Shown: one piece after another, positions 12,616-25,500 of the stretch | Position numbering within the stretch: position 1 is the first letter of the stretch | Layout: the number at the start of each line of letters is the position of its first letter | From: Marsupella aquatica | Taxonomy: Eukaryota; Plantae; Marchantiophyta | NCBI GenBank assembly: GCA_973895155.1 | Contig: OZ316891.1 | Span: 9,549,875-9,613,874, forward strand | Reading direction: 5' to 3' | Length of the DNA stretch: 64,000 nucleotides | Translations under genes and position numbers: made by a program | The notes under the pieces: generated by a model | Seen by the model: the letters and a program-made list of their open reading frames with translations, nothing else | Databases searched by the model: none | Told to the model about the DNA's origin: nothing

Positions 12616-15105
12616 AGCCCACTCATATCTCATATTTGTCCGTCTGATGGTGTGCCAGGTGCTTACATATTTGAACTCTCTGCGCCTCTTTAGGATATTC
12701 ACTCCTAAAGCAGCCCTCAGGTTTGGGCACTCTGCCCGTTGCCTACAATTATGATGAGAGTATGAGCGACTATCATGGTTTCCGTTCATGCACAACAACC
12801 AACATCAATTCGTAGGTTAGTTTTCTGTTGAAAGCAAAGCCAATAACAGCCCTGGGCGATTCGGCTACATTTCTGTGCGAAGATGGGGAAATCCGTCTAC
12901 ACCAGGGTTCAAGTCACAGGTTCAGGTGCGTGGGGCATTGCAGCGAACTTACATATCCATGGAGCTTTGGCCTTGGATCGTTCTGAGACCAGAGATCGTT
13001 GTTGTGACACGAGGTTGTAGCACATGATTTGTTAAAACACCTGCCTAATGAGTTGGTCGTCTAGTAGGTTCATATAATTATGAGGACCATCGGATATCTA
13101 GAAATTATTTGTAAGCTCAGCCCTTTTCGCGTACACCAACCTCTTTCCTAAAATAGGAGAATACAGATGAGTAACAGCGTAATGAAGGCCTCGATCTGGG
13201 TTTCGTTTATTAGAAAAGTCCACAAGTTCACCTTGCCGGTTGGTCTAAATTAGAAGAGCAAGCAAGGGGCTACCCCACCGTGTAAAATTATCTCTTTCTT
13301 GACAAACCTTTTTCTCAATGAGAAATTACATCATCCCTCCTTCTTCAACTCCTGGAAATCCAACAGCTGTAATGAAGTTTTGTATTTTCACTCGTTTATT
13401 TGTAATGATGGTTTATCTTTTCGACTGGTCCACCTTCCAGCCTGAACTGTAGTATAATTTTACTTACTAAAATGATTTGTACAGCTGCACATCCTTGGCC
13501 GTGGGATGGGATCTATCAAAGGTCGCCCTCGCTCGATCTCTCGATCTCATTGTGTCTCAGCTCTAACTTGGTCTCTCAAAAAATTTGGCGAGCCCCAGCA
13601 ACGTCGACGCCGAGCATCTCCTCCACCTGAATGTCGTACCACAATTGTTACTTTGCTGAAGGTTTTTCTCCACACTAGAAAGAAGGCTGCAAACTTTGAA
13701 TCAGCTAGATTGAACACAAATGGATCAGCTAGCTGTCAAAGAAACAGACTTGCGCAGCCTCCCCATGGGGAAAATCTCAATCCTGTTACAACCAAACGAT
13801 CCTTTCGTGCCAAGTCATCTAAATAGGCATGGAGCAGACAAGGACATTGGCAAGACAATTGAAAGTATCACGCAAAGACCGGCCCTTTACGAGACTATCA
13901 CATCACATGAGACGTTCTCTATTTTTCACATTTGCTTGCAAATTGTGTGAATAGATCATGTAAGATGTTCTCTATTTCACACATTTGCGAAGCCGTCAGA
14001 TTAACACTTGTTTTAGCGAAGCTTGGTGTATGGGAATTGTGTGATGTTATGTTTTTCGTATTTGCCTGCATGTACTATGCAAGTATGCTCTTAAAGTGAT
14101 GTTTTGTCATCTCCCATTGACAATAGGATAAGTGCAAAAGAAAGATGAGCATGATCGTGAAACCACCGAGCTCTCACCATTTTCTTTTGGAACTCTTTGA
14201 CCAGGAGGTTCACAAGTCACAAGTGAGTTTCTTTTGAAACTATTTCAAAACCGTGAGGTTCACAAGTTCGCGATGCGTGGAGGATCACAAGTTACGAAGT
14301 TTGTTGATTGACACAAATTGCAACGTGGATTATATGAAGCACATGTTATCGCAAAATTGCCATGTCTGAGAGATTTATTACCAACTAAGGGCGAAACCGT
14401 CAGTTTAGCGAGGTTCGGACAGTAGCCAATATGTGTAGTGTTTCTTACCCATAATTGGACTCGAGCAACATTTCCATCCAAATGCCTATGCGTATAGAAT
14501 ATTGAGGGGTTTGGATCATGTTCGGGCAATTCTTCAGAGCGCAAGGTAGAGAATCTTAGTCATCTCATGTTCACAGGACGGGAAGCAGTGGGTCAGTCCT
14601 GTTGAAGAAGTAAAGACAGAGATAGCAATTCTAGAAAAACTTGAGAATTGGTATTTGACTTGGAATATACTGCGTAGGGAATCCGAACATAGTGCTTAGG
14701 AAATCCCAATGACAAGCTACAGCGGAGACATATGTGTTGCATGGAAACACAAGTCAATTAACAACGAATGAACCTCGGAATGAGCGGAACGAGTATTCAG
14801 CTTATTTTTTAAGGCGATCGAAGAAAGAACCTTCCCAAAACGTATAGCAAAAGATTTGTGCGTGGAGGGATTTGTGATACCACCTCTTCAGATTATTTGA
14901 CGCTAGCTGGCCGAACTGGTCTCCCGGGTACCATGGATGCAGATCGAAGAAGTTCAGCTCCCACGTACTGTAAATTCTGAATTTAGATGGGCCGCAAAAA
15001 ATGAACCGCGTTGAATGGATCCGTGGGATCGATTGGAAGTCGCAGCAATTCAGTGCTACGAAGGGTTACTCGATCCCCAGTGAGGTGCTTTGAATCAACA
15101 ACTGA

Positions 15106-16230
15106 TCATGGACTTGTCCTGAGTTGGGCCCAAGCTCGACCCGGGCTGGAGTTTCCATGCCAGACATCGACACACCCGTCCTGCTTCTTATCGACACACT
15201 TGCCCACGATAAAGAGCGAGGTGCCATCTTCTCCCGCCAAGTCCATATTGGTTACCTCAATTAAACCCTCAGCCTTGATTCTCAGTAACAGCTTTCCCTC
15301 CGGTGAGAATTTGACGACCAGACCCTCCAGCCCATTCCTGGCCACGAACAAGTTCCCCTCTATGTCCGCTCTAATCCCATCGATTGATACCCACTCAGTC
15401 CCGTCCAGCTCCCCGAAGTCCACAAACAGTGTCTTGTTCGAAACTCCTCCGGTGCTCGGATCCACGACAAACTTCCAGATTCTGTTCACGACCGAAAACC
15501 CATCTTTGCTGAACTCTTCAGACAAGTAGAGAGTCCTCTCGTCGGGAGACAGCTCGACGCCGTTCGTGTTTCCAAACAATCCCAGGCGTACCGCTGTGAC
15601 GGGCTGCAGCTCATCGATCGACGAATTGTAGAAGGACGATGGCGTCGCGCATATCCAGAGATCGCCATCACCGACCGCCGTCGTCAGTTTGCCGAATTTC
15701 CCTCCTGAGGCATAGATCCGTCCACTCAGAGCCGCCACGGCCATGTCATTGGGCTGCGCCATGGTCTGGTTTCCGCAGAAAGCGTAGAGCCTCACTCGAC
15801 CATCTCGTGTCGACTGCAGAATGTGGACGATCTGGTGCCCTCGGACGTCGGTGGCGATGGCTCTGGACAGGAATTTCTTCGACAGCTCGCTTGACAATGG
15901 CAAGAATCGGAGGCCATTGTACGAGATGCTTCCCGTCTGATCGATGGAGTAGATTTCCTGGCTGACCTTCTCCTCGGGAGTGGCGATGGTGCCCAATCCA
16001 TTCGAAGTGCCGCCCAAGAAGGCCGTGGCATACGCCGTCCCCGTGTAGTCCACCGACGTTCCCTCAATGCCGAGGCCGAATTGTGAATTTCTCGACGTGA
16101 TGAACCGTGTGGCGTAGACTGTCGGTGCTTCATCGCTGTCCGCTGCTGCTGGATTAAGCAGCTGCAGCATGATAAGGCTTGAGCCCAGTGCAATCAAACG
16201 AAGTCTATCCATGAGAAAATATCTCTTCAT
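15106..16230 (-). CDS. Secreted SMP-30/gluconolactonase/LRE-family (Ca-dependent six-bladed beta-propeller) protein, intronless
   Basis: Open ORF with the ATG in an ACCACCATG context (alternative ATG at 16212) and a hydrophobic signal peptide ending at AAA-DS. Metal-ligand motifs are GIEG, QPND, NTNGVELSPDERTLY and IDGIRADIEGNLFVA. Confidence 0.88.
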   Translation of the reverse strand: MKRYFLMDRLRLIALGSSLIMLQLLNPAAADSDEAPTVYATRFITSRNSQFGLGIEGTSVDYTGTAYATAFLGGTSNGLGTIATPEEKVSQEIYSIDQTGSISYNGLRFLPLSSELSKKFLSRAIATDVRGHQIVHILQSTRDGRVRLYAFCGNQTMAQPNDMAVAALSGRIYASGGKFGKLTTAVGDGDLWICATPSSFYNSSIDELQPVTAVRLGLFGNTNGVELSPDERTLYLSEEFSKDGFSVVNRIWKFVVDPSTGGVSNKTLFVDFGELDGTEWVSIDGIRADIEGNLFVARNGLEGLVVKFSPEGKLLLRIKAEGLIEVTNMDLAGEDGTSLFIVGKCVDKKQDGCVDVWHGNSSPGRAWAQLRTSP

Positions 16231-17449
16231 GGTGGTACCAATGATCGAAGTTAATCTATTCACTTCGATACGAAAAGTACTACAGAATTGATTGAGCTCG
16301 AGAGTCCATTAATCAGTCCACAAAATTACAATGTCAGCGTAGATTCAAATCCCCTCGTGAATGACTAGCCACAGTACAGATCGCAAAGTCTAAGAAGAGC
16401 TGAAATCGACGTATCTACTGTGACACTGCCTATTTCTTCGCACATGACTTCAGTCTGTCTGCTGTCGATGTGCTAGACAAAATTTCAACTGCTATTCATG
16501 GTGTTCACTCGACCTACATATGTTTCATCTGATGTGCTGACTTGTGCTCAGGGACCTCTCAACTGTTCCAGTTAGCTTCTGCTATGCCACCGAAGTACCA
16601 AGGTAGTGTTCAGACGGTGATCCTGATGCGAAATTCAGAGAGTAAAATAGAGTGAGCTCAAGGCAAACCATTAAAATCATGATGATGGGTCGGATTTCCC
16701 TGGTTTCGCACTGTCAGTGAACTTAGGCGACATCATTAGATGCAAACGAAGAGCGGCGCAACGTATTTATGTGGGGAGATATCATAAAAAACTTCATTTT
16801 CACAGTTTTTTATTTTAGAAATATTTAAACATTTTTACAATTTATTACGTATCTCATTAGAGGTTTTTTTCAAAATTTCTGGCACCATAGCTTGTCATGT
16901 CAACAATAATTGTAATAAACAAGACTCGGTTATTTTATGAATTAAATTTATAATTTTTATTTGTGTTTGTGTCAATTTGAATGTAAATTTTGGGATACCG
17001 TGTTGTAAAAAGAAAAGTAAAAACATTAAAAATGCAAAGAATAGGACAATTAAAACTGTCACTATGTAACCATTTTAGTTACATTTTCAATTTTAAAACT
17101 TAAATTCAAAGATTTTTAAAAAATATTTTTCATATAATAAATAATGACTAATAACTAACTTGATAATTTCCTTGTTAAAGGGTAATTGGCACCTAGAGTA
17201 AGATTTCCAGCCCTTTGCAATTAAGGTAAACTACTAGCCATGGTCCGAACTTAAACACTGAACGAACTGATATAATTCATTTGATAAGACATTCATCTAA
17301 TTGCAAATGGACTTGTCACAGATTGAATTCTGACTCTTGTAGCTTGTGAATTTGGTAGCATGTAGCGAAAAGGCCTAATTTTGACAACTGCTTGTGATAA
17401 CCATGCTATCAATTAGCCAAGGGAGGGGTCCACGAACTAATTTACTAGT

Positions 17450-18310
17450 GTGGAGGAGGTATATGTTTGATGGGACCTGCCAAAACAAATTTATGTGATA
17501 GGCCATTATTAAACTTTTGTTATAACTTGGTACTCTTTGGACATCTTTTTGTGTCAGATGATATTCTTGTAAAGTTACTGTAAGGAGTGTAGCTTAATAT
17601 TGTCACCAATAAGAGTTACTATAAAGTTTAGGGTAGATCAAACCATGCTCAATGATAACCTACACTGTTGGGGGAACCATGGAATAATGGCGGTTGTCTC
17701 GTCAATTGTGAGTTCTTAATTAAGTGAAGACAATATGGTTTGTGTCTTCAGGGTTTGAATTTCTACTATGTCGTCTCTTTTTTGGTTGCTTCATGCAAAT
17801 TATGCAAAGGGATTGCATGGTGTCTTGACTTTTTTCTTTGTTCTTTTGTTTAAATATGGAATGAATTCTCTACTAGCTTTTGGCCATTGGACTCTATTGC
17901 CATGTTCAAAAATTGTCCAAAGTGTAAGACAAAGACAACATGGATGTTGTCATCTCACATCTAGACCCCATTCAATTGAATTTGTCAAGTATTGAAGGAA
18001 CCAAGGTTCTTTTACTTACATGGCTGTTTGCCCTTGATGCAACTTTAAAATTGTCTAAGTGTGAAACAAAGTCAACATGGAGTCAATCCTAAGCTAGTAA
18101 CAGGAAAATTTTGTTAGCCTGCAAGAACTAGATTACATAATTAGACTAAATGTTGTACAAAGCCACTATCTTGTAACCCGGATCCCCCTAAAACTTTTTA
18201 ATTATATGAAGATATAATCATTATATCTTCAAGCATGGAGGTACATGCAATAGAATATGATGTGATGCATGATGGAAAATGTATGGTTGGCCATGCAATT
18301 AAGCACCACA
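17450..18310 (+). mobile_element. Decayed Mutator-like (MULE, FAR1-type) transposase relic
   Basis: Near 17463 the reading MFDGT / KTNLCDRPLL...VLFGHLFVSDD (one frameshift) resembles the MULE FDxTYKTNxYxxPL...LFGCALLxDE motif. Near 18260, CDA*WKMYGWPCN*A resembles a SWIM zinc finger. Many stops. Confidence 0.5.
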
Positions 18311-20216
18311 TAAGAGCCATGTGTAGGCAACCTATGTAGGGGGCCTAGTTCATAACAACAATGTTGTGGAGTGTCTGGTTTGTAACAAAAAGTCTAGTAG
18401 AGGCAAATTTGTTTTGGCAAGGGTCTCATCAAACATATATCTCAATGTGTAGTGGGTGAAGGTAAAAACATACCAGGTATGTGTATGTTTTACCATTGGC
18501 ACCTGGTAAAATGCTCAGATAGGATCTCTAGAGAGATATGCTTGACTGATCCATGCAAGGTAAAAACATATTTGTGGGGACCTTTTCCTGTTTTTGCTAG
18601 CTTTGCCACTAAAGATTCAAGTTGATAACACTGTCTTGCCATGGTTTTTGTAATTACAAATTTAATATAAATTTGTATAAAGACTAGAAGTTCAAGAAAA
18701 TAACCTAATGAGGAGGAAATAAAAGCCTGGATGGACAAGACATTGTGTCTACCCATCCCCATGCACTGTGTAACTAAGCTATTGTTGCTTTTAAAGAAAA
18801 TGGAACCGGTTGCAGTTTGTACTTAGTTGACTACATTGACTACCTTGGGGAGAAAGTAATCAAGACATCATGATCCTCAGTAATGTCATGAAGTCTTTCA
18901 GATTCAAGGTAGTCAAGTAGTCAAGTTACCTAGGTAGTTCTTAAATAATGTTCTTGCATGGGTTCTTCTAAAGTGAGAATTTGTATACTAGAACCAAACT
19001 GGGTAACTTAATTGTGACTACTAAGACTCAGGGTTTCATTCACAAACTATGTGCAGTCAAACAGTACCACAGGTGTTGAATAAGGGTGGTTATCATTGTC
19101 ATTGCTGGGATGGGCCACTCATTCCCCAACTGTTCGAAATGCAAGAGTAGGGTAATGGGAAAGTGAATACATTCACATGTATGCCTTCCATTTTGTATCC
19201 CTTATCTGCAATGTGCCTTTACCCTATGCCCAAAATGGCAAAATGTGGCAGATGGCAAAATGTGAGCAGATGAATAATTTGCGAAGCAAGCTCAAAACAA
19301 TATCCACGTTGTCATCCAAAAAGGACCAGACTTGGTCATTTACCCTGCCCGAATGACACAAGTGAGGGAAACAGCCAAGAGCCCAAGAAAAATGTCAGCT
19401 GAAGACAATCAGTCCATGTTGTTTTTAAACCCAAGAGCCAAAAATATATAAATGTGTGTTGGCTGAAGAAAATGACCATCTTGTCTTCCAGAAAAAACCA
19501 GTCTGCACGCCATTCACCCCTGCACAGAACATCAGAAAGATGTGGTAAGTCAAGGTAGGAAATTTGTGGAGTATTCACTAAGTCCATCAAGTGAAAGTTT
19601 AGTGGAGCGGGTCCATCAAGCATATATCTGGATGCCATGCAAACCTTGGAACTAGAAGGATTCCAAAATGCTCCATCTATGAAATTCACTGCATGTTACT
19701 CCAATTCCAAGTGCCTCAAGTCAAAATACACACACATGGACGAGAAACAAGACAAAAAATGTGACCAAAATGTGGGTAGTGCTTACGTAGTGTGGACTTG
19801 ACTAGAATAATAATACTAATCTAAAGTATAAAAGTCTGAATTCCACACAAACAACATTTTGGAACTCATCCACTTCCCCAAAAATCTTTAGTCATTTTTG
19901 TCAAAACTTAGCTACTATTTTGCTGTCTCATTAGTCACTGTTCCACCGAATCCCAGGCCCTATTAGCCAGAATCTAAAGGTCAGTCATAAATCTAGGGAG
20001 ATCTGACAGACAGTACAATAATTGCATAAGGAATCTTTCGAGCATCTCCCTCGCACACTTTACATTAGCCACTCTTGTGAAAAAGTGAAATCTTTAAAAA
20101 ATAAGCTGCTTACCACCCAAGGAAACTGCTTCCTAAGTACTAAAAAAGTATTGATCGTATTTCTTTCTTCACGATGCTTTGCCCCGAATAAGTTAAATAT
20201 GTGGGTAGGACATGGG

Positions 20217-20375
20217 TGCCCTAACCTAAATTCTAAGAGCTCCAAAGCACACAGACTTAGTCGTTAACCACTCCCAAAATTAATATTAAAGTCATATGCC
20301 CTACCCTAAATTCTAAGAGCTCCAAAGCACACAGACTTAGTCGTTAACCACTCCCAAAATTAATATTAAAGTCAT
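20217..20375. repeat. Tandem duplication, 2 x ~80 bp
   Basis: CCTAAATTCTAAGAGCTCCAAAGCACACAGACTTAGTCGTTAACCACTCCCAAAATTAATATTAAAGTCAT occurs twice. Confidence 0.9.
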
Positions 20376-20894
20376 GAGAGTTTAGAATAGAATTCATCAA
20401 ACGAGGGTCATGATTACTGCTCATAAAGAGACAAGAGACCGAAGGAAGGCATTGCCGCAAGAACCCCAAGACAGTAGAGTTACGCAAGGGACATCCAGCA
20501 CTTAGTCCATCCAGCGCTGCAAATTCAGTGATTATTATGCTGTTTACATTTCTCGCAGGCCTCAACTCCCGTACCTTCTACATTGGGACCTGGGAACACA
20601 TAATGTAGCAGGAACTTATTATTCTCCACTGAAAACATTATGCGCGGCAAATTAATTAGTGGTGTTTACTTTGCTCATCTTTAGTTAATGCTTTTTACTT
20701 TGCTCACCTTTAATTATTAGACTCAACTCCCGTACCTACAGTATTGTGTGGGATGTGAGGACACGAAAATGTAAAGGTTACCCATGTGTGATTCAAGGAC
20801 ACTATTCTTTGGACACTTATTAATGGTTCCTCATTGCTTGTTCACTATCCACAACAATAAAAATAAATAAAAACATTTTTCTAAGTGTTACACA

Positions 20895-21170
20895 AGCTTC
20901 ATCTAAACCCCACTTTTGTGTGAGATTTGTGTAAACAGCTTCATCTGAACCCCACTTTTGGGTGAGGTTTTGTGTAAACAAGTGCGCACATAGGGGGATG
21001 AACCTGAGAGTGACCTTTTGGGTGGGTTTTGTGTAAACAGCTGTGTGCGTAGGGGATTTGAACTTGAGACCTTTTGGGTGTATTTTGTGTAAAACAGCTA
21101 TGCACGTAGGGGGATTTGAACTCGAGACTTCTGCCTCCCCACTTGCATGAGCTACCACCATGCCATTTGA
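20895..21170 (-). mobile_element. tRNA-derived SINE-like head followed by tandem B-box-containing repeats
   Basis: The minus strand has an A-box-like TGGCATGGTGG (~21166) and a B-box-like GAGTTCAAATCC (~21123). Then come ~60-bp units repeating GTTCAAATCCCCTACG..CAGCTGTTTACACAAAAC. Confidence 0.4.
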
Positions 21171-22239
21171 AGCCTACTGCATGGAAATTGAGAAGCACTT
21201 TTCACGGGACTTTTCAACGCAGACACTTTAGGCGGTGGGCAGTGGGGATGGAAAGTCATTAAATAATCATGGCTTTCCAGGGACCTGTAGCCCTGAATCT
21301 CCTGTGTAAACGGGAATCTCAATGGGAATTCCTTGTTATTTCCATGATTTCTTGTCTCAAAACATGTCATTGTTAATTGTTTTCCATATCACATTTGTAA
21401 ACATGTTAACTACTACAATAGTCTGGGTTGGGATCCTAGACGGTCCAAACCTTGCTTACTCCCAGAATGTTCAGAAAAGTCCCCCTCAGTATAGTTGATC
21501 AGCTTTTCTTCAATTTATAGTCAACAGGTTACAGCCAAATGGCCCTCTGCCTAGCTAGTTTGTTATTATCCTGTACATAATTAAACAGGAACAGGAAGGT
21601 AGCATGTGGCCAGGATGGGGTTGTGTACATAATCTCCCCAGGGGTTGGGCTTTAGGAGCTCCAACAGCTTTTGCTTGAGGGGAGTGGTGGTCAAAAACAA
21701 AATTGGGTACTCTAGCAAGATTTTACCCTTGACCCCTCGTGTGACCCTTGCCTTCCTACAGAGATTCCCATTCACTAAGCTTTGATGTACCCCAGTGCTT
21801 TAATACACCCTACAATAACCCAAATGGTCACCCTTTTGCATGGCATTTTGCAATTTTTTGTGTAAGTGGTGGGCTAGAACAGGCTCATTAAAAGGGCACA
21901 CATAGCTGGTTTCAAACATTGAAAATTTTCACTATTTCTCATGTATTTTGTGCTTAGGGGAGGAGAAAACAGAGAAATAATTCCATGACAACGGGAAAAA
22001 ATTCATCAGCATGAACAGCAAAGATGGGTGATACCCAATAAGCTCTTTTACTCTTGAAAATGCATGAAACTATACCTTAAAGGTGGTGCGCAGGACGGCC
22101 AAGGGCTGGTGCCATGTTGGAAAAAGAGCTATGGGATAGAAATTAACATAATAGTCAACTTTATATCAATAAATGCAAATAATTTTTTCAACACTACAAG
22201 GCCCCCCACAAGTTTGTTTTTTTGTGCGTGGGTGCTTGT

Positions 22240-22547
22240 CGTAAGAAACCGTCGACTCAAACTAGACAGCAAAATAATGCAGAACATAGACACTCAATGC
22301 AATATTAAGACGCTACATCAACAAGAAACCACAAGCGGAGAAACTCATGAATGGTCTATAGCATATGAGAGTACATGTGAAGATGAGGGAAAGAAGACTC
22401 TCCCTCCAACCTATACCCCTGATCAAGGGGGGCTGAGATGTGTGGGTCTAATTAAATGGATCTTATCCTAATGTAATCAAGGGTTAACTAACTAAGTCTG
22501 ATAGGGTCAAACTACCTAAAGCCGGGAACTTGAGTCAATTCCTAACA
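22240..22547. mobile_element. Solo LTR (308 bp) with 5-bp TSD CTTGT
   Basis: CTTGT at 22235-22239 and at 22548-22552. Termini CGTAAGAA...TTCCTAACA form an imperfect inverted repeat of the TG..CA type with the first base changed. Confidence 0.65.
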
Positions 22548-25500
22548 CTTGTTGTTTGGGAAGAGTCACTTCTTGGAGGATTATGGGTATGCATGGTAGT
22601 CAACAAGGTGGAGGGCACAATGACTGGAAGGAGGGCTATGGGCTGGAGGTTGGATGACTATGGGATCTCAGGGGGGGGGAGGGTCACTATATGGAGGGCC
22701 ATACATCATGTGCGACGTTTGAGGGTTTGACCACCTAACTTATAAGTGAAAAATAATTTTTTTGCAAAACCTTTTCTTTCTTTAAATTTTGCCATTTTTT
22801 TAATTAAAAAACCCCTAAAAAAATTTAAGAAAATAATTTTTACCATTAAATAGGCCCATGTGTTATTTAAAGTTGATCGGTCAATAAAATATGCCCTATG
22901 TGTTCTTCCACCAAACTTTGGAAGTCTTCATTCACACTCATTTAAATGGGCCTATACTTTGTTGCACGTGATGTGCCACTTCCGTGAAAGTGACCCCCCA
23001 CCCCCCCCCCCCGAGTATGATGAAGGGCGGAGGCTGTTGTCTTATTGGCAAGAGGGCTATCATGATAGAAGCTAACACAATAGTCTATTTTATGTAAGTG
23101 CAAATAAACTGTTGGCACCAAAAAATAATTTACAGTAAGTGGATCCTCTTTTTGGGGGTCCAAGCATTACTTTTGGGTGAACTACTGGTATGGCAGCCAA
23201 CCTGGTGGAGACTAGGGCTCAGGCAGGATAAGTGGAAGGAGGGCTCCGACATGGAAGGTAGATGTCTCTGGCCTCAAGCACTATGGATGGAGGGCTACTA
23301 CTCTTTGGCAGGAGGGCTCCTTGCCTTGTTTTGGTAAATTACTGGTGATGTTATGAAAGTTACTGAATTTGGTGTGCAATTTGAAAGAAAAAAAAAAGAC
23401 AACTGATGAGAGTCCAAAGGAAGAATGTCTGAAAGTCATGAGCAATTTGAAAAGAAACAGGACAGTTGATGAATGCATAAAAGAAAAATGACAGAAAGCC
23501 ATGAGCGATAAGCAATTTGATATTAAACGACCAGAACAGTTGCTGAGTGTACAAAACAAAAATGACATGAAGTCCTAAGTAATTTAAAATGAAAAAAACA
23601 GAACAGCTGACCGCCTTAAAAAGAAAAATGGCGCACAGTCATAAGCAATTCAAAATTTAAAAAGCAGAATAGCTGACTCACCGGCCTAAAAAAGAAAAAT
23701 GAATTACAGTCATAAGCAATTCAAAAATAAAATAAAATTAGGAAAGCTGATCACGGACTTAGGTAAAATGTGTGAAAGTTATGAGCCATTTGAAAAGGCA
23801 ACAGGACAGTTGATGAGCGTACAAAAGGAAAATCACAGAAAGTCATAAGCAGAACAACTGAGGGGCATTCAAAAGGAGAATGATCGACCCAAGTCTAAAA
23901 GAAATTTGAAATTAAAAAAAGAAGCAGGAAAGTTGATGGTGTACAGAGGAAAAAAGTGGGTGTCATGGCACTAAGATTCTTCAGGGAAATTCTTTCCTTT
24001 CCTTGAATGAAAATAGAGATTAGACAAATTTTGTTACCAAAGAGAGGAATTGTGCTTGCAAGTACACTCAGGAGGATTCTTCCCCCTCCCAGCAATGCAC
24101 GTGGTTTATTTTTCTTTATCTTTTTTAGCTTTGCTTTCCCTATTTTCTTTGACACAAAAAATGCAAAAATTTCCAAGGAGAGCACTCTAAAAAGTGACGA
24201 GACCTCCGATAATAGTTTTTGATATAATGTTTTGTTGATTTTTGTTTCAATTTTGAATGAATGCAAGCTTTACCTACATGGCTGGTCTTTTTGCTAGTGC
24301 ACTTTTTTATACGGTACCGACCTCCAATGTGTCCCTCTACCCTGCTCAGAGTTACGAACGCGTGATAACAGTGTATGTCTTTCGTCCTAGTTCTACTCAA
24401 CTGCTCCCCACTGTGACAATTAGTAATTGGTGGAAGAAAGTAGTCACAGTTCTGCTCAACGGCTCTCACCATAATTGGTAATTAGTGTCGAGTTAAAAAC
24501 TGGCACTTTGGCGCAAATTTTGCAATAGCGGTAAAGTCATAAACGGATAAATGGAGCACCAGAGTTCGCCATTCTCTCTCAACCGGAGTTGTGCTCAACG
24601 GTTCTCACCGTTATTGGTAATTGGTGGACAGTCAAAACTGGCAATTGCAACAGCTCAGTTTGAGGCAAAATTTTGCAACAATCGGAAAGTCATGAACATT
24701 TAAGTTGAGGGTGTATGATGATCTTTTCAAAATATAGGGCCACCATATGTGCAGGGAGGAATATGGGAGATAGTATGCTTGGAAAGGAATATGTACATAT
24801 TTGATCATACTTTGATGTTTGATGTTATGACATCGTGCTTAGTTTTGATTAACTCACATTGACCTTGTCAAAATTTCCACACTGTTTCCAACTTTTAGTT
24901 GTGGACTTAGACATTTCATCTTGTAATGAGACATTAAAAAGAACATGTGTAAATGAATCAATGGACAAAGACCATTACAGCTCAACACATGACCTTAAGG
25001 ATATATAGGGGTCTTTAAACCTGAAAAATTACCGATGATAGCCATCAAAGAATGGTCATAATTTATTCACAAAACAAGAAAACAAACAAAAGGATTGTCA
25101 TAACTTTTTCACAAAGTTATGAAGTTTTTTTCTTTCACCAACCCTACATTGACTTATAGTAATATGGCAACAACCAGCTGTTCTAAATAACTTGAAGAAG
25201 CTTTGGTCAACTGTTATTATCGAGGGTCGACATGTTAACTTTAAGACACAACATTGTTGACTGAAAACAATCTCAATCTACCTTTGTAGTTTGCTTGAAT
25301 TCGAGACGCAGGATTGATCTGAGCAGCATTGGAGTCCACACATTTAGCTATGTGACCTTATGCTCTATGTTGTCAAAGAGACAGATTTTTATTTTCATCT
25401 CTCTTCATGTTCAAAGAATGGGTAGTTGACGAGTTTCCTGGAAAAAGGGCCACAACAATACAAGAAGGGAAAACAGGAAAGACTAAAATACAAAAAACAA

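Noticed and set aside
23291-23310. AGGGCTACTACTCTTTGGCA resembles a miR399 site with central mismatches (target-mimic-like)
   Set aside because: It has three mismatches plus a wobble, lies in repeat debris, shows no evidence of a transcript, and miR399 may not exist in this lineage. Probably chance.
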